The notes under the pieces were generated by a model. That model ran no database searches, had not been told where the DNA came from, and saw only the letters and a list, made by a program, of their open reading frames with translations. A stretch of DNA of 64,000 nt from Candidatus Thorarchaeota archaeon. GTDB taxonomy: Archaea; Asgardarchaeota; Thorarchaeia; Thorarchaeales; Thorarchaeaceae. The translations under genes and the position numbers were made by a program. Within the stretch, counting starts at the first letter, position 1; each line of letters opens with the position of its first letter. Below, piece by piece: positions 33,061-43,334 of the stretch. Where the stretch lies: assembly GCA_963726195.1 (NCBI GenBank), contig CAVSBO010000003.1:288001-352000 (forward strand), read 5' to 3'.

Positions 33061-34059
33061 ATGGCACGCGTTGCTATCAATGGTTTTGGTCGGACTGGCC
33101 GCCAATTCATGCGTCAAGTCCTGTTGAAGAAGAACTTGGAAGTAGTCGCAATCAATGACCTCACGGATGCGAAGACCTTGGCCCATCTGTTCAAGTACGA
33201 TACGGCCATGCGTCAGTTCAACGGCACGGTCACTGCGACGAAAGATGGGATTGTCATCAATGGCAAAGAAATCAAGATCCTGTCTGAGAAGGATCCGACG
33301 AAATTGCCTTGGAAGCAGATGACTATCGATATTGTCATTGAATCTACTGGTGTCTTCAAGGACACAGCTGATTGCCAGAAGCATATCGCGGCAGGAGCCA
33401 AGAAGGTTATCCTGACTGCACCGGCAAAGGGAGAAATGCCCACCTTCGTAATGGGAGTGAACGAATCAACTTACGATCCTGCAAAGCAAAACATCGTATC
33501 GAATGCATCTTGCACAACGAACTGCCTAGCGCCCATGGTGAAGATTGTCGACGAGAACTTTGGAATAGTGAAAGGCATGATGACGACGGTACACGCCGTT
33601 ACGAATGACCAGAGATTGCTCGACCTTCAGCACACTGACCTCAGGAGAGCAAGAGCAGCAGCATGGAACATAGTGCCCACATCCACCGGGGCGGCAAAAG
33701 CAATTGGCCTAGTATATCCAAATGCGAAAGACAAGATGAATGGCATAGCAATCAGAGTGCCGGTGCTGGATGTCTCGCTCACAGACCTCAGCGTAGTTGT
33801 CCAGAAGCCGGCCACAGTCGAGACAGTCAATGCGGCATTCAAGAAGGCAGCCGACGGAGCACTAAAGCCGTATCTGCGCTATACAGACGAGGAGCTCGTC
33901 TCATCAGACTTCATCGGCGACACTCACTCATGCATCTTCGATTCGCTTCAGACCATGATTGTTGGTGACATGGTGAAGGTTTTGGGCTGGTACGATAATG
34001 AAGCGGGCTACTCTACCAGACTGACTGACCTTGCCGCCTTCATGGCACAAAAGCTGTAG
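33061..34059 (+). CDS. gap: Type I (bacterial/eukaryotic-type) glyceraldehyde-3-phosphate dehydrogenase
   Basis: INGFGRTGR, ASCTTNCLAP, PTSTGAAKA, WYDNE. Confidence 0.97.
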   Translation: MARVAINGFGRTGRQFMRQVLLKKNLEVVAINDLTDAKTLAHLFKYDTAMRQFNGTVTATKDGIVINGKEIKILSEKDPTKLPWKQMTIDIVIESTGVFKDTADCQKHIAAGAKKVILTAPAKGEMPTFVMGVNESTYDPAKQNIVSNASCTTNCLAPMVKIVDENFGIVKGMMTTVHAVTNDQRLLDLQHTDLRRARAAAWNIVPTSTGAAKAIGLVYPNAKDKMNGIAIRVPVLDVSLTDLSVVVQKPATVETVNAAFKKAADGALKPYLRYTDEELVSSDFIGDTHSCIFDSLQTMIVGDMVKVLGWYDNEAGYSTRLTDLAAFMAQKL

Positions 34060-34078
34060 AGCTTTCAGATTTCCAATT

Positions 34079-34120
34079 GGCGGGCTGCTGCGCTGGCCGC
34101 GTCACCCGTCTCGTTTTCTT
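34079..34120 (+). terminator. Possible hairpin terminator after gap
   Basis: GGCGGG...CCCGTC stem then TCGTTTTCTT. Confidence 0.45.
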
Positions 34121-34318
34121 AGTACTGACATCATGTCTCCTTCTTCTAATGTGAATTATGCCTGTTCTAATGGTTCAGCCATGTCTTGGCTCCATAGTGT
34201 GGATTCAGGGAACCAAGAAACGGATCGGGCTTGCCAGTATCCTGTCATGCCAATCGTTTGTACGAAAACTGACTCTTCAGAGGTTCGTCAAAAACAGCCA
34301 CTCATGTTGGCAAACAAA

Positions 34319-35161
34319 TCATTTGCGCGCTTCAAGGACTTGGGCGAACAAAAACCCCTCCAAGTTCTGCTCTGCGTGAGCCCATTTTGTTCTTGCCATG
34401 AGTTCCTTGAGTTCTTCTGACGTGTATGCTGCAAGCAGTGATCCAAGTGGTTCTCGTACTTTACGCAATGGCTTTGGTACAACAACGCGCGTTGCGAACC
34501 TGAGAAGCCAATGCCAGATTCTCCTACAGTCTCGCCTCATATCGAACAGGACTAGAAGTCCCTCTGGCTTCAGAACACGATAAATCTCGTCAAGAACACG
34601 CAGTGGCTCAATCCAGTGATGCAATGATAGTGAAGTCACAACAATATTCATCGATTCGTCCGAGTAGGGCATGTCCGCTCCATCTCCCTCCCTCAAATCC
34701 ACCTCAGTGATATTTGCTGCCTCAAGCTTTTCGTGACAAACCCGAATGGACTCCACTCCGATATCTATGCCATATAGCTTAAGCCGTGGTAATCTTTCAC
34801 GGGTGCTTTCGTCGTGGAATGCCTTCAGGAGGTGACCAGTTCCACATCCAAGGTCTAGTAGTGACATCCCATCTGATGCGGGCGCTCCGATACTTGGAGT
34901 AGCTACATGTTCAACGATTTTTCTCCGCAGCATTTTGAATTGTGGCAACTCTTGTAGCGAACCAAACGCATCTGCCACACCTGCATCATCGATTCCTTCA
35001 GCAAATCCGACCTCCCGTGATGCCTTGCTCCTAGTTAGTCCAAAGAGTATGCAGCCTGCGAAAATGAGTATCAAGGCAAGGATGTACCATTCAATTATGG
35101 TTAACACATTACAGATGCGGCATGACTTTCGTATAAACAACATGCCTGAAGTCCGCTGCAC
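34319..35161 (-). CDS. Class I SAM-dependent methyltransferase with N-terminal TM helix
   Basis: LLDLGCGTG, GDGADMPY, SLHHW, RVLKPEG; start uncertain. Confidence 0.88.
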   Translation of the reverse strand: MQRTSGMLFIRKSCRICNVLTIIEWYILALILIFAGCILFGLTRSKASREVGFAEGIDDAGVADAFGSLQELPQFKMLRRKIVEHVATPSIGAPASDGMSLLDLGCGTGHLLKAFHDESTRERLPRLKLYGIDIGVESIRVCHEKLEAANITEVDLREGDGADMPYSDESMNIVVTSLSLHHWIEPLRVLDEIYRVLKPEGLLVLFDMRRDCRRIWHWLLRFATRVVVPKPLRKVREPLGSLLAAYTSEELKELMARTKWAHAEQNLEGFLFAQVLEARK

Positions 35162-35232
35162 AAAGACAGGTTGCTGAAGAGAAGCCTCATATCATCCGTG
35201 CTATTGCGTGTGTTTGCAGCGAGTGACAGAGT

Positions 35233-36279
35233 ATGTCGTATCATCCGCCCATTAGCGAAATCGATCCTATCAGAGGGCAGCTTTTGTTTAGAGGAGCGGA
35301 CGTCACGGTACTGGCTGGCAAGGAGAGCTACGAGAGCGTCTTGCACCTTTTGATTCATGGCCACTTGCCCACAAAGGCACAGCTTACGACATTGATGACC
35401 TCGATGAACAAATACAGATATCACGGCCCCGATGTGCTGGACTCCCAGTCCCCAGAGAAGTCAAACGACGCCAGTCCGCTCATTGCGTTAGCCAGTCGGC
35501 TCGATGAATATGCTGATAGGTGGGGGTTTGATACTAGCGGCTCCTTGCTTTTCTTTGTGAGTCTGACGCCGATGGTGATTGCATCTCAATGGCGTCTGAC
35601 ACATGGTGAAGAGACAGTCTCGCCCCGAATCGATCTCGGGCAGGCAGCCAACCTACTCCGAATGCTCGGAATTCAGGCAGATCAGGAATTGGTGAAAGAC
35701 TTCCAGACTTGTCTCATTCTTCACATGGACGACCCGCAGAACCCGTCCCTCAATGCCCTAGAAGAGAAAATCAAGTCCGGCGCTTCTCCATCAGAGTCAC
35801 TCATCGCCGCGTTGAACGAACATTCGAAGCCACTTCACCATGGCGCAGGGTGGGAAGCATTCAAGACCATCAGCGCAATCCACGATTCGTCAGAAGTTGC
35901 CGAGGTCCTTCGAGAGAGAATGGAGCGCGGCGACCGGATATTCGGCCTCGGTCATCGAATATACCGAACCATTGATCCAAGAGCCGTGGTACTGAGAGAG
36001 ATACTACGTCGAAGGACGGCAGGCACTCCTCAGGAGTCACTCTTCCAAGTCGTCGAGGCAATAGCGACTGAGGGGAGTCGTATGATCATGGAACGTAAGG
36101 GCTTCACGGTGTACCCCAACGTTGACCTGTACAATGCTGCCGTCTACTCGGTGCTTGGTGTACCCGCAGAACTCAATACACAGATGTTCGCTGTTTCGCG
36201 CGTGTGTGGCTGGATCGCTCATGTCTTGGAGCTGACGCAAGATCTTGGGCGTGAAATAAGAAGAGGCACGTATTACTAA
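35233..36279 (+). CDS. Citrate synthase-family protein (citrate/2-methylcitrate synthase or citryl-CoA lyase-like)
   Basis: GQLLFRG, PLHHGA, GLGHRIY, DPRA, YPNVDLY, FAVSRVCGWIAH. Confidence 0.85.
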   Translation: MSYHPPISEIDPIRGQLLFRGADVTVLAGKESYESVLHLLIHGHLPTKAQLTTLMTSMNKYRYHGPDVLDSQSPEKSNDASPLIALASRLDEYADRWGFDTSGSLLFFVSLTPMVIASQWRLTHGEETVSPRIDLGQAANLLRMLGIQADQELVKDFQTCLILHMDDPQNPSLNALEEKIKSGASPSESLIAALNEHSKPLHHGAGWEAFKTISAIHDSSEVAEVLRERMERGDRIFGLGHRIYRTIDPRAVVLREILRRRTAGTPQESLFQVVEAIATEGSRMIMERKGFTVYPNVDLYNAAVYSVLGVPAELNTQMFAVSRVCGWIAHVLELTQDLGREIRRGTYY

Positions 36280-36350
36280 GGTCTAGCTGACAAATCTAGC
36301 AGGACCGCAGAAGGAGAAGGGCACCCAGTAACGATTCTTGGCCTTGCCTA

Positions 36351-37254
36351 TCACTGCATAGACCACGCTCGCTCAATGATGAACCCTCCAATTGCGGCGA
36401 ACAACTCCAGCATCAAGAGGCTATACCACGTCATCGCAGCCGCGGGTGACCACCAGTCCCATAGAGGAGGAGGGCGAAACGGGAATGCCCAATAGACATA
36501 CAACGAAAGCGGAGCTGATGATGATCATGAGCCCACAAACGACAAGACCCACTTTGGTCAGCAATCTTGTCTTGGCGACGTCTACTCTTTCTCTATGGCC
36601 AAGTGCCAATAGCAGTATTGCAACGCCGAATCCCACCATTAGGAGGCTCAATACGCTGACGGCGAACATAAACTCTGAAGTACCAAGTGCCGACAACAGT
36701 ATTGCAGTGCCGAATCCCAGTACTAGGAGGCTCGATAGGCAAACGGTCAGCATAACCTCTGAAGTACTCTGAGGCATCGAGTGGTCACCCTCAGAGTACA
36801 CTGATGACGACGCTCGCTCAATGATGAGTCCTCCAATTGACGCAAATAGCGCCAGTACTAGAAGGTGATACCAGCTCATCATAGCAGCGAGAGACCAGAA
36901 GTCCCAATCCAGAGGGGAGCGCCATGAGAATGCCCAGTACATGTTCAAAGAAAGCGGAGTTACAGTAATCATGAGCCCACAGAGGACAAGACCCGCTTTG
37001 GTCAGCAGTCTTTTCTTGGCGATGTCTTCTTTTTCTCTGTAACCAAGTGCCAACAGCAGTACTACAACGCCGAACCCCACCATCAGGAGGCTCAATACGC
37101 TGACGGCGAACATGAACCCTGAAGTGCCAAGTGCCGACAACAGTATTGCAGTGCCGAATACCAGCACATCCAGGCTCAATATGCTGACGGTGAATGCAAC
37201 CTCTGAAATACTATGAGGCATCGAATGCACGCCCTCGAGATATATCGATGGCAT
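36351..37254 (-). CDS. Membrane protein made of two ~145-aa tandem repeats (frameshift near 36480-36500)
   Basis: ORF 36421..37254; second repeat completes in another frame (WDWWSPAAAMTWYSLLMLELFAAIGGFIIERAWSMQ*). Confidence 0.7.
36362..37235. repeat. Tandem duplication of ~440 bp, each unit containing an internal 84-bp duplication
   Basis: CCAAGTGCC(G/A)A(C/T)A(A/G)CAGTA(T/C)T(G/A)CA occurs four times (~36599, 36684, 37043, 37127). Confidence 0.85.
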
Positions 37255-37414
37255 CTATCCGCATAAACATATCGTCCGAAGGCATCTGTGTAATGACTTA
37301 GCTCTTGGAAAGCAGCCTGGTGTGACAGACATCGTGGAGGGGCTTGAGCCATCCTCCAACTTAACAACACCGTCCGCCGGGAGCGAGCGCAAGAGCGCAA
37401 CACTCCAAAACGCT

Positions 37415-38311
37415 CTACTTGAGTCCCCAAGTGGAAACCGCATCAACTGCAGCCTTCCTCTCAGCAACACTAAGCGACTGGATTGGCGGCCTACATTCTC
37501 TACCAACGAGCCCGAGATGATCCATTACAGCTTTCACTACCGGCACGTTATTCGCAGTTCCTTTGCCTTCTCTCAGGTTCTCAAACGGTGTAATCATCGC
37601 TTGGACTTTCATCGCCTCGGCGTAATCATTTCGCTTGAGTGCATCGTACATTCGCTGTGAGACCTTAGGGGCGAAATTGCCCAGGCCGGATGTGAACCCT
37701 TCAGCGCCGGCGAGCCAATAGAATGGAGCAAATCTCTCAGCGGTGCCACATGACCAGATAACGCGCTTGCCTAGTGTCTGAACGCTATATGCGCAGTCGA
37801 CGACTCTTCCAAACGCATACTTTACTGCGACAACATTCTTGTGATTGAAGAGATCCCTGAGAACGGCGTCTGTGAGCAGGGGTCCCTTCTTGTACAGCGC
37901 AACACCAATCTTGGTCGCATCGAGTATCTTTCGATAATAACCAACGACTCCCTCTTCTGAACTGAAGACATGCTGGGGGTAGAGTATCATGACTGCCTCT
38001 GCACCCAATGATTCGGCCTGATTGACCATGCTGATGGCGGTGGTCACGCTATTGCCCACACCGGGCATCACGATCATTTTGCCAGAAGATGCTTCAATTG
38101 TGGCCTTGACCACTTGAGTCCATTCTGCTTCTGAAAGCGAGTAGAACTCTCCAGTATTGCCGCAGGGTATAACAAGCCGGACACCATTCTTCTTCAGGTG
38201 AGCCATGTTCGTTGATATGGCACTGACATCTACCTTCGCCAAGTCCTTGCTGAATGGTGTAGCCGTGGTCACCGAGAAACCACGAAGAGCATCTCGAAGG
38301 GTTTCAGACAT
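37415..38311 (-). CDS. Dihydrodipicolinate synthase family aldolase/dehydratase
   Basis: TPF, GNTGEFYSLS, catalytic Tyr (ALYKK), Schiff-base Lys (VAVKYA). Confidence 0.9.
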   Translation of the reverse strand: MSETLRDALRGFSVTTATPFSKDLAKVDVSAISTNMAHLKKNGVRLVIPCGNTGEFYSLSEAEWTQVVKATIEASSGKMIVMPGVGNSVTTAISMVNQAESLGAEAVMILYPQHVFSSEEGVVGYYRKILDATKIGVALYKKGPLLTDAVLRDLFNHKNVVAVKYAFGRVVDCAYSVQTLGKRVIWSCGTAERFAPFYWLAGAEGFTSGLGNFAPKVSQRMYDALKRNDYAEAMKVQAMITPFENLREGKGTANNVPVVKAVMDHLGLVGRECRPPIQSLSVAERKAAVDAVSTWGLK

Positions 38312-38327
38312 CTTATTGTGATCACTC

Positions 38328-39173
38328 CTACGGAAAGTCTTTGACAATTCTCTCCTTGTCACGCGCGGAAAGGTCGAAATCAATGCGTATTTCCTTGAAC
38401 GGGTTCGAGCATGGGTTCCCACGAGACACATGCATCTTGAAGGCGAACTTCTTGGGTTCGACTCTGTGCATTTCGATTATGTATGAGTACGTGGTCTCGC
38501 CCATCAGAGGATTCTCGTGAGGCTTGACCGCCCTGTGACGACATATCGAATCGAAGCCCTTGCTGTCGCTATGATTACTCAGTATCGCAGTCATGTCACG
38601 CAATGAAGAAGCGGAGTCGAGCATTTTGGCCGCGACCTGGCGTCTCTTCTCACTGGTAGGCAGCGGCCCACCAGCTTCCCGTTCTTCTTTTGACGCCTTT
38701 AGTAAGGCATCTTTTGTCGGGAGCTTCATGTGATGGTTAGCACGGGTTATAATCTTTGGATTCTTCTCCAACTCGCAAACGCCTTCGCCGATTTCAATCG
38801 CACCGACTCCTTCGAGCGTACCAACGACAAAGTTGCACCATTGGTAACGCTTGCCGCTCCGAAGTGAGTCGGATACCATATCATGGGCCTTGTCCACTGT
38901 CTTTGCGTTCCTTAGTATCTCTTCAAGAAGGAAGTCGTAAGCATCCGCTTGTTTAATCAGGACAGTTGAACTGCATGCCGCGAGACCCCACTTGTTGACC
39001 CCTATTGAGACACCGGCCTTCGTGCCTGTTCCGATATTCACACCCGTGACTGCAAACAGAGTATCATCAAACAGTGCGGAGTCTTTGAAGTTCTCGTAGA
39101 CCAAGTCTCGGTTCTTGAGCAGGAACAACCCGTTGCCTACTCTCTTGGCAGCTATTGTGCAGCCATCTGACAT
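38328..39173 (-). CDS. Ntn-hydrolase, peptidase C45/NRDE-like
   Basis: N-proximal nucleophile GCT, KNRD, GVNKWGL, RANH, SICRH. Confidence 0.8.
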   Translation of the reverse strand: MSDGCTIAAKRVGNGLFLLKNRDLVYENFKDSALFDDTLFAVTGVNIGTGTKAGVSIGVNKWGLAACSSTVLIKQADAYDFLLEEILRNAKTVDKAHDMVSDSLRSGKRYQWCNFVVGTLEGVGAIEIGEGVCELEKNPKIITRANHHMKLPTKDALLKASKEEREAGGPLPTSEKRRQVAAKMLDSASSLRDMTAILSNHSDSKGFDSICRHRAVKPHENPLMGETTYSYIIEMHRVEPKKFAFKMHVSRGNPCSNPFKEIRIDFDLSARDKERIVKDFP

Positions 39174-39287
39174 GAAGCAAGAACTGATATTGTGGTATTT
39201 CTACCTGACGCACAGAAGCCGGTCAGCGTCATTTAGTGCGATAGACTTATTCGGACCCGTCTACACAAAGACAGGCGTGGTAGAGAG

Positions 39288-40260
39288 ATGTGCCCTCCTG
39301 TTTACGAACACGACTTACCCCTAGAGACGTCAGCCACTCTGCTAGGTTGGACTTCACCCAACGGCTTCTTCATTTTGGGTTGGCTTTGGGGAATCACGAG
39401 CTCATTCTTCGTGGGTATCGATAGCATTCTCGTCTCCTTTCTTTTGTTCACGTTCGTCATCGGTGCCCTATCTCACCTGCTCTGGCTAAAGACGCTGGCA
39501 CATAGATACAAGCGCCCAATCACCGACGCTCGTTTCTTGGGACTGCTTGCGAATGCGGAAGAGCGAACAGGTCAAAGAGGAATTGAGGCCTGGAAGAGTT
39601 ACCTCGGACAAGATAGTACTCGAGAACCTCCAGATCAGTCTTGTTCAAAGCATTGCTTGTATCAGAGTCTGCTATAGGGGATATCCTAGCATCACCAGGC
39701 GACGGAGAGGTGCTGCTTGCCGGGTGTGTCACTAGCACAAGAGGAAGAGTCTACGCAGTGTTTCCCTTGGTAGCGGGCTCCAACTTGATGATCATGACGA
39801 TGAGCGAACTGGCGATATTGGTCGCCCCTTTGCATGAAGGCTGGTTTCCGCTCTACTATGTCGCTTGCCTGCTTCTTTTCGCTGTCGGGCTTGTCACGGC
39901 TGTTGCTCATTCACGGCGCCGTGTCCCGGATTCTGGGCTTGTTGAGAGACTATACAACTTGCCCGCCTGCTGTGGCCAAGATGAGAGTATTCGATCACAA
40001 AGTGATGACCGAGTCGGAAATCGATCAATACCTAAGGGAACGCAAATCGAAGACTGAGAAAGACAGTGTCCGACTTAGACTAGCATTGATTGGAAGCCTT
40101 TTCGTATTTGCCCGCTGTTCTGTTCGGCGTGTTCCTGGGCACAACTCTGTTCAAGGCAGAGTACATTGCAGCGATGCCGATTCCATCTGTATTGTCCATA
40201 TTTGCCATCGGTGGCTGCGTCGCGCGATTTGTACCTGAGGCGACAGCCGTGACCCAACTA
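39288..40260 (+). CDS. Hypothetical multi-pass membrane protein broken by several frameshifts
   Basis: Overlapping ORFs 39288..39677, 39547..39735, 39641..40057 and 39834..40238 give contiguous protein-like segments. Confidence 0.5.
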
Positions 40261-40284
40261 TGATGTGCCCGCATTCTCCGTTAG

Positions 40285-41512
40285 TCAGTCTTCAGCAAGT
40301 GCTGCACCCTCAGACGATGTCATTGCAAGCTCAGGAATCTCTTCTCTTTTTCTTGTTTGCGTCTCCACCCTGAAGAGAGTTGCACAGACGACCATTGCAG
40401 CAAGATTGAACACAAGAGTGACCCATGCCACGGGTTGAAAACGAAGGAAGACGAACGCGGCGAACAGACCTCCGACAATCGGACCTAGTGCATTCCCTGC
40501 GTTCTGTGCACCATTGACAATGCCCATTGCGCTACCACGTTCGGCATCTGCAGACATCCGAGCGACAAACGCATAGGATCCCGTTTGGGCCAGTGCGTAG
40601 ATGGGCAGCATATAGAGCACTGTTGCAAGGAACGGATCCGTGACTAATCCCCAACCGATGGCGTAGAGGGAATATGAAACATATGCAGTGAACATTATGG
40701 GTACAGCACCGTGCCTGTCGGCGAGGATTCCTATGAAGCCAGTAATCAAGACTGCAGCGAGGGTTGCGCCAGAGTTAGCATAACCTACGTATGCGGCAGG
40801 ACCGCCGAGCTCGTCCACGACAACGATTGCCATGACGAATGATGTGGCATAGATGCCGACCGTACTGAGAGTGACCATAAGAGCGAGCCTTGCCATCCCA
40901 GGTTTCCGAATCATGGTCCGAAATCTGACCCTGACACGCACTGTCGGCTGGACAATCGGCAGGTCTTTGACAAGAACCGCGCTTACGCCCACGGCGACCA
41001 GGCAAATCGCTGCGGAGATTCTGAACATTGTGAACATGCCAATCATATCGTGGAGCAGCCCGCTAGCCAGCGCTCCAAAGAACCAGCCTGCTGAAGTAAC
41101 TACCATATAGAAACCCAGGCGTTGGCCTTTCTTCGCTGTCTTGCTCGTCAGGTATGCTTGGCCTGCAGGAATTGCTGCTGCCGAACACGCAGCTCCGCCA
41201 TAGCAACCAGTACGAATTGGAAAACATCGGTCACGAAGGAATAGAGAAAGAAAGTGTAGGTATATCCTATGAAGCCCACCACCATGAAGGGCTTCCTCTT
41301 CCTACACGGTCTGACAGAGAACCCCATAGATACACGGCTATCATCGTCACAAAAGCGGGAATGGCCCAGACAAAGGCCAGGACGAGCTGCGAACTCTCAC
41401 CTAAGTCGTGCTTAGCAAAGAATGTGATGAATTGCCAAGCCATCGCCTGCCCCATGCTTTGACTCGCATATGCAAGATACACTGCGAACCTTGACCGGTC
41501 AATGTCAACCAT
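40285..41512 (-). CDS. MFS transporter (frameshifts at 41150-41300)
   Basis: WGSLSDRVGR, GILADRHG, GPIVGG; joins 41267..41614 and 40285..41106. Confidence 0.85.
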
Positions 41513-41678
41513 GGAGTGGCGCCCCTGGCTAGTCGGCGACCGATTCTGATTAGGTAATAACGTTTGGCTTTTTGGTGTTGAGGAAAGTGAGAAAGCATGA
41601 TATATTAGCACCAAATGACCAAAGCATCAAAAACCTAGAACCATTGAAGAGTAAAATGAGGTCTGGAAAACGGGAAAC

Positions 41679-42002
41679 GTGGCGAAGAAACCAATCTACG
41701 GGCTCGTTCTCAGCCTCGTCGGCGGCATAATCATGATAGTCTCTGTGGCACTGCTACTCTCGAATATCAGCTATATGCCGTACAGGCTGTTTCCGGATTC
41801 AAGGATTAACGAGATTCTTGGACTCGTCCTTGGAATACTCACAGTGCGGTTTGGCTTCCAGGGTTATGTCGGAAATGGAAAGACGTGGGGTATTGTCGTC
41901 TTGATATTCGGCATAGTCAACTTGATTGCGGGCGCTGACGTCTACTTCATCGGAAGCATCCTAGCAATCCTAGGCGGCGTTCTTCTTCGCACTGGAAAGT
42001 AG
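41679..42002 (+). CDS. Small 4-TM hypothetical protein
   Basis: Gly-rich TM segments LSLVGGII and IGSILAILGG. Confidence 0.75.
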   Translation: MAKKPIYGLVLSLVGGIIMIVSVALLLSNISYMPYRLFPDSRINEILGLVLGILTVRFGFQGYVGNGKTWGIVVLIFGIVNLIAGADVYFIGSILAILGGVLLRTGK

Positions 42003-42008
42003 GGGGCA

Positions 42009-42047
42009 GGCAGGACCAGCAGTGCAGGCTCCTCCTGCTATTTTTTT
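42009..42047 (+). terminator. Hairpin plus T7 tract
   Basis: GCAGGA...TCCTGC then TATTTTTTT. Confidence 0.6.
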
Positions 42048-42137
42048 GTATCTCAACCACGCGGGTTAGGGTCGCAATACGTCTCTCGATGCGCTGTTCG
42101 GAGGATTCTTCAGTCGTTCGCCGCGAGAGGTTCTATT

Positions 42138-43267
42138 GTGACCTCCAGCGATAACGAACCAGTTCTTCGGCTTGAGAATCTCCGAGCATACTACACTTCA
42201 AAGAAAGGAATTGTCCGAGCAGTTGACGATGTATCATTCAATATCAGGAAAGGCGAATCTGTAGGGCTTTTCGGCGAGTCGGGATCGGGGAAGACTTCAG
42301 TGGCGCTGGCAATCATGGGCGTTTTCGACAGAATGTCGAGATACTATGCCTCTTCCTCGGGCGATGAAACGACAAAGCGCTTGTGGGAGCTTCGTGACCA
42401 AGCGAGAAAGAAAGGGCTCACATCAGCAGATATGAAAGAGGATCTGCCTGGAGTTGAGGGACATATTTGGTTCAAGGGCAAGGACCTGCTGGCTCTCGAT
42501 GAAAAGGAGTACAGAAAGATACGTGGCAACGAAATCACTTACGTGCCTCAAGGTTCGAAAAAGTCGATGAATCCCTACATGACTATCGACTACCAGACAG
42601 CTGAGTCCCTATGGGTGCATGATGAAAAGAGAATCCTGCAGGAGCGCCAAGTCATGCGGCGAGTCCTTCAGGTACTTGACCTCGTTGAACTTGCAGATGT
42701 TGATATCAGGAAGGATTTCAAGCCAGCCCAATTCAGCGTCGGGCGAAGATCAGCGCGTACTCATTGCAATGGCTCTCATCACGAAACCCGCCTTGATGAT
42801 TGCAGATGAACCGACCACTGGATTGGATCCGGGAGTACAACACAGAGTCCTTGCCGCGATTGACATCGTTAGAAAGGAACTCAGTATATCAATGCTCATC
42901 ATAAGCAATGACCAGAGACTAATGGAATGGGCCACTGACAGAGTCGGTGTCATGTCAGCAGGGCAGATCATGGAGTTTGGGCACACCGACAAAGTCCTGA
43001 GAACGCCCGGTCATCCGTTCACTAGAGCCTTCGTGATGAGCAATCCGACAATGGAGGCCCTCCGGAGAATTCGAGAGAAGGGATTGGTCGATTCGCGGCA
43101 TACCTGGCAGTCCCCCGGATATGACTAATCCGCCAAGTGGTTGTAGGTTCCATCCTAGATGTGAATACGCAGTAGCACAATGCAAAGAGAAAGTCCCTGA
43201 ATATCGGGAGGTAGAACCAGGTCACTGGATCTCATGTCACAGATACGAAGAACTGCCCGAGTTCTAA
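42138..43267 (+). CDS. Stand-alone peptide ABC ATP-binding protein (DppD-like; frameshifts near 42742 and 43090)
   Basis: GESGSGKT, QFSVG+EDQR signature, IADEPT, GCRFHPRC...ISCH tail ending TAA 43267. Confidence 0.88.
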
Positions 43268-43334
43268 TTCCACTAGTAAAATTGGGATTGCAGTCCCTGA
43301 AAGGAAAAAGAGAGGAATCTCAGCTCCAGCCCAT

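Noticed and set aside
36362-37235. CRISPR-like or DGR-like repeats
   Set aside because: The repeats are in-frame coding duplications without unique spacers; differences are not confined to adenines; no cas or reverse transcriptase gene is present.
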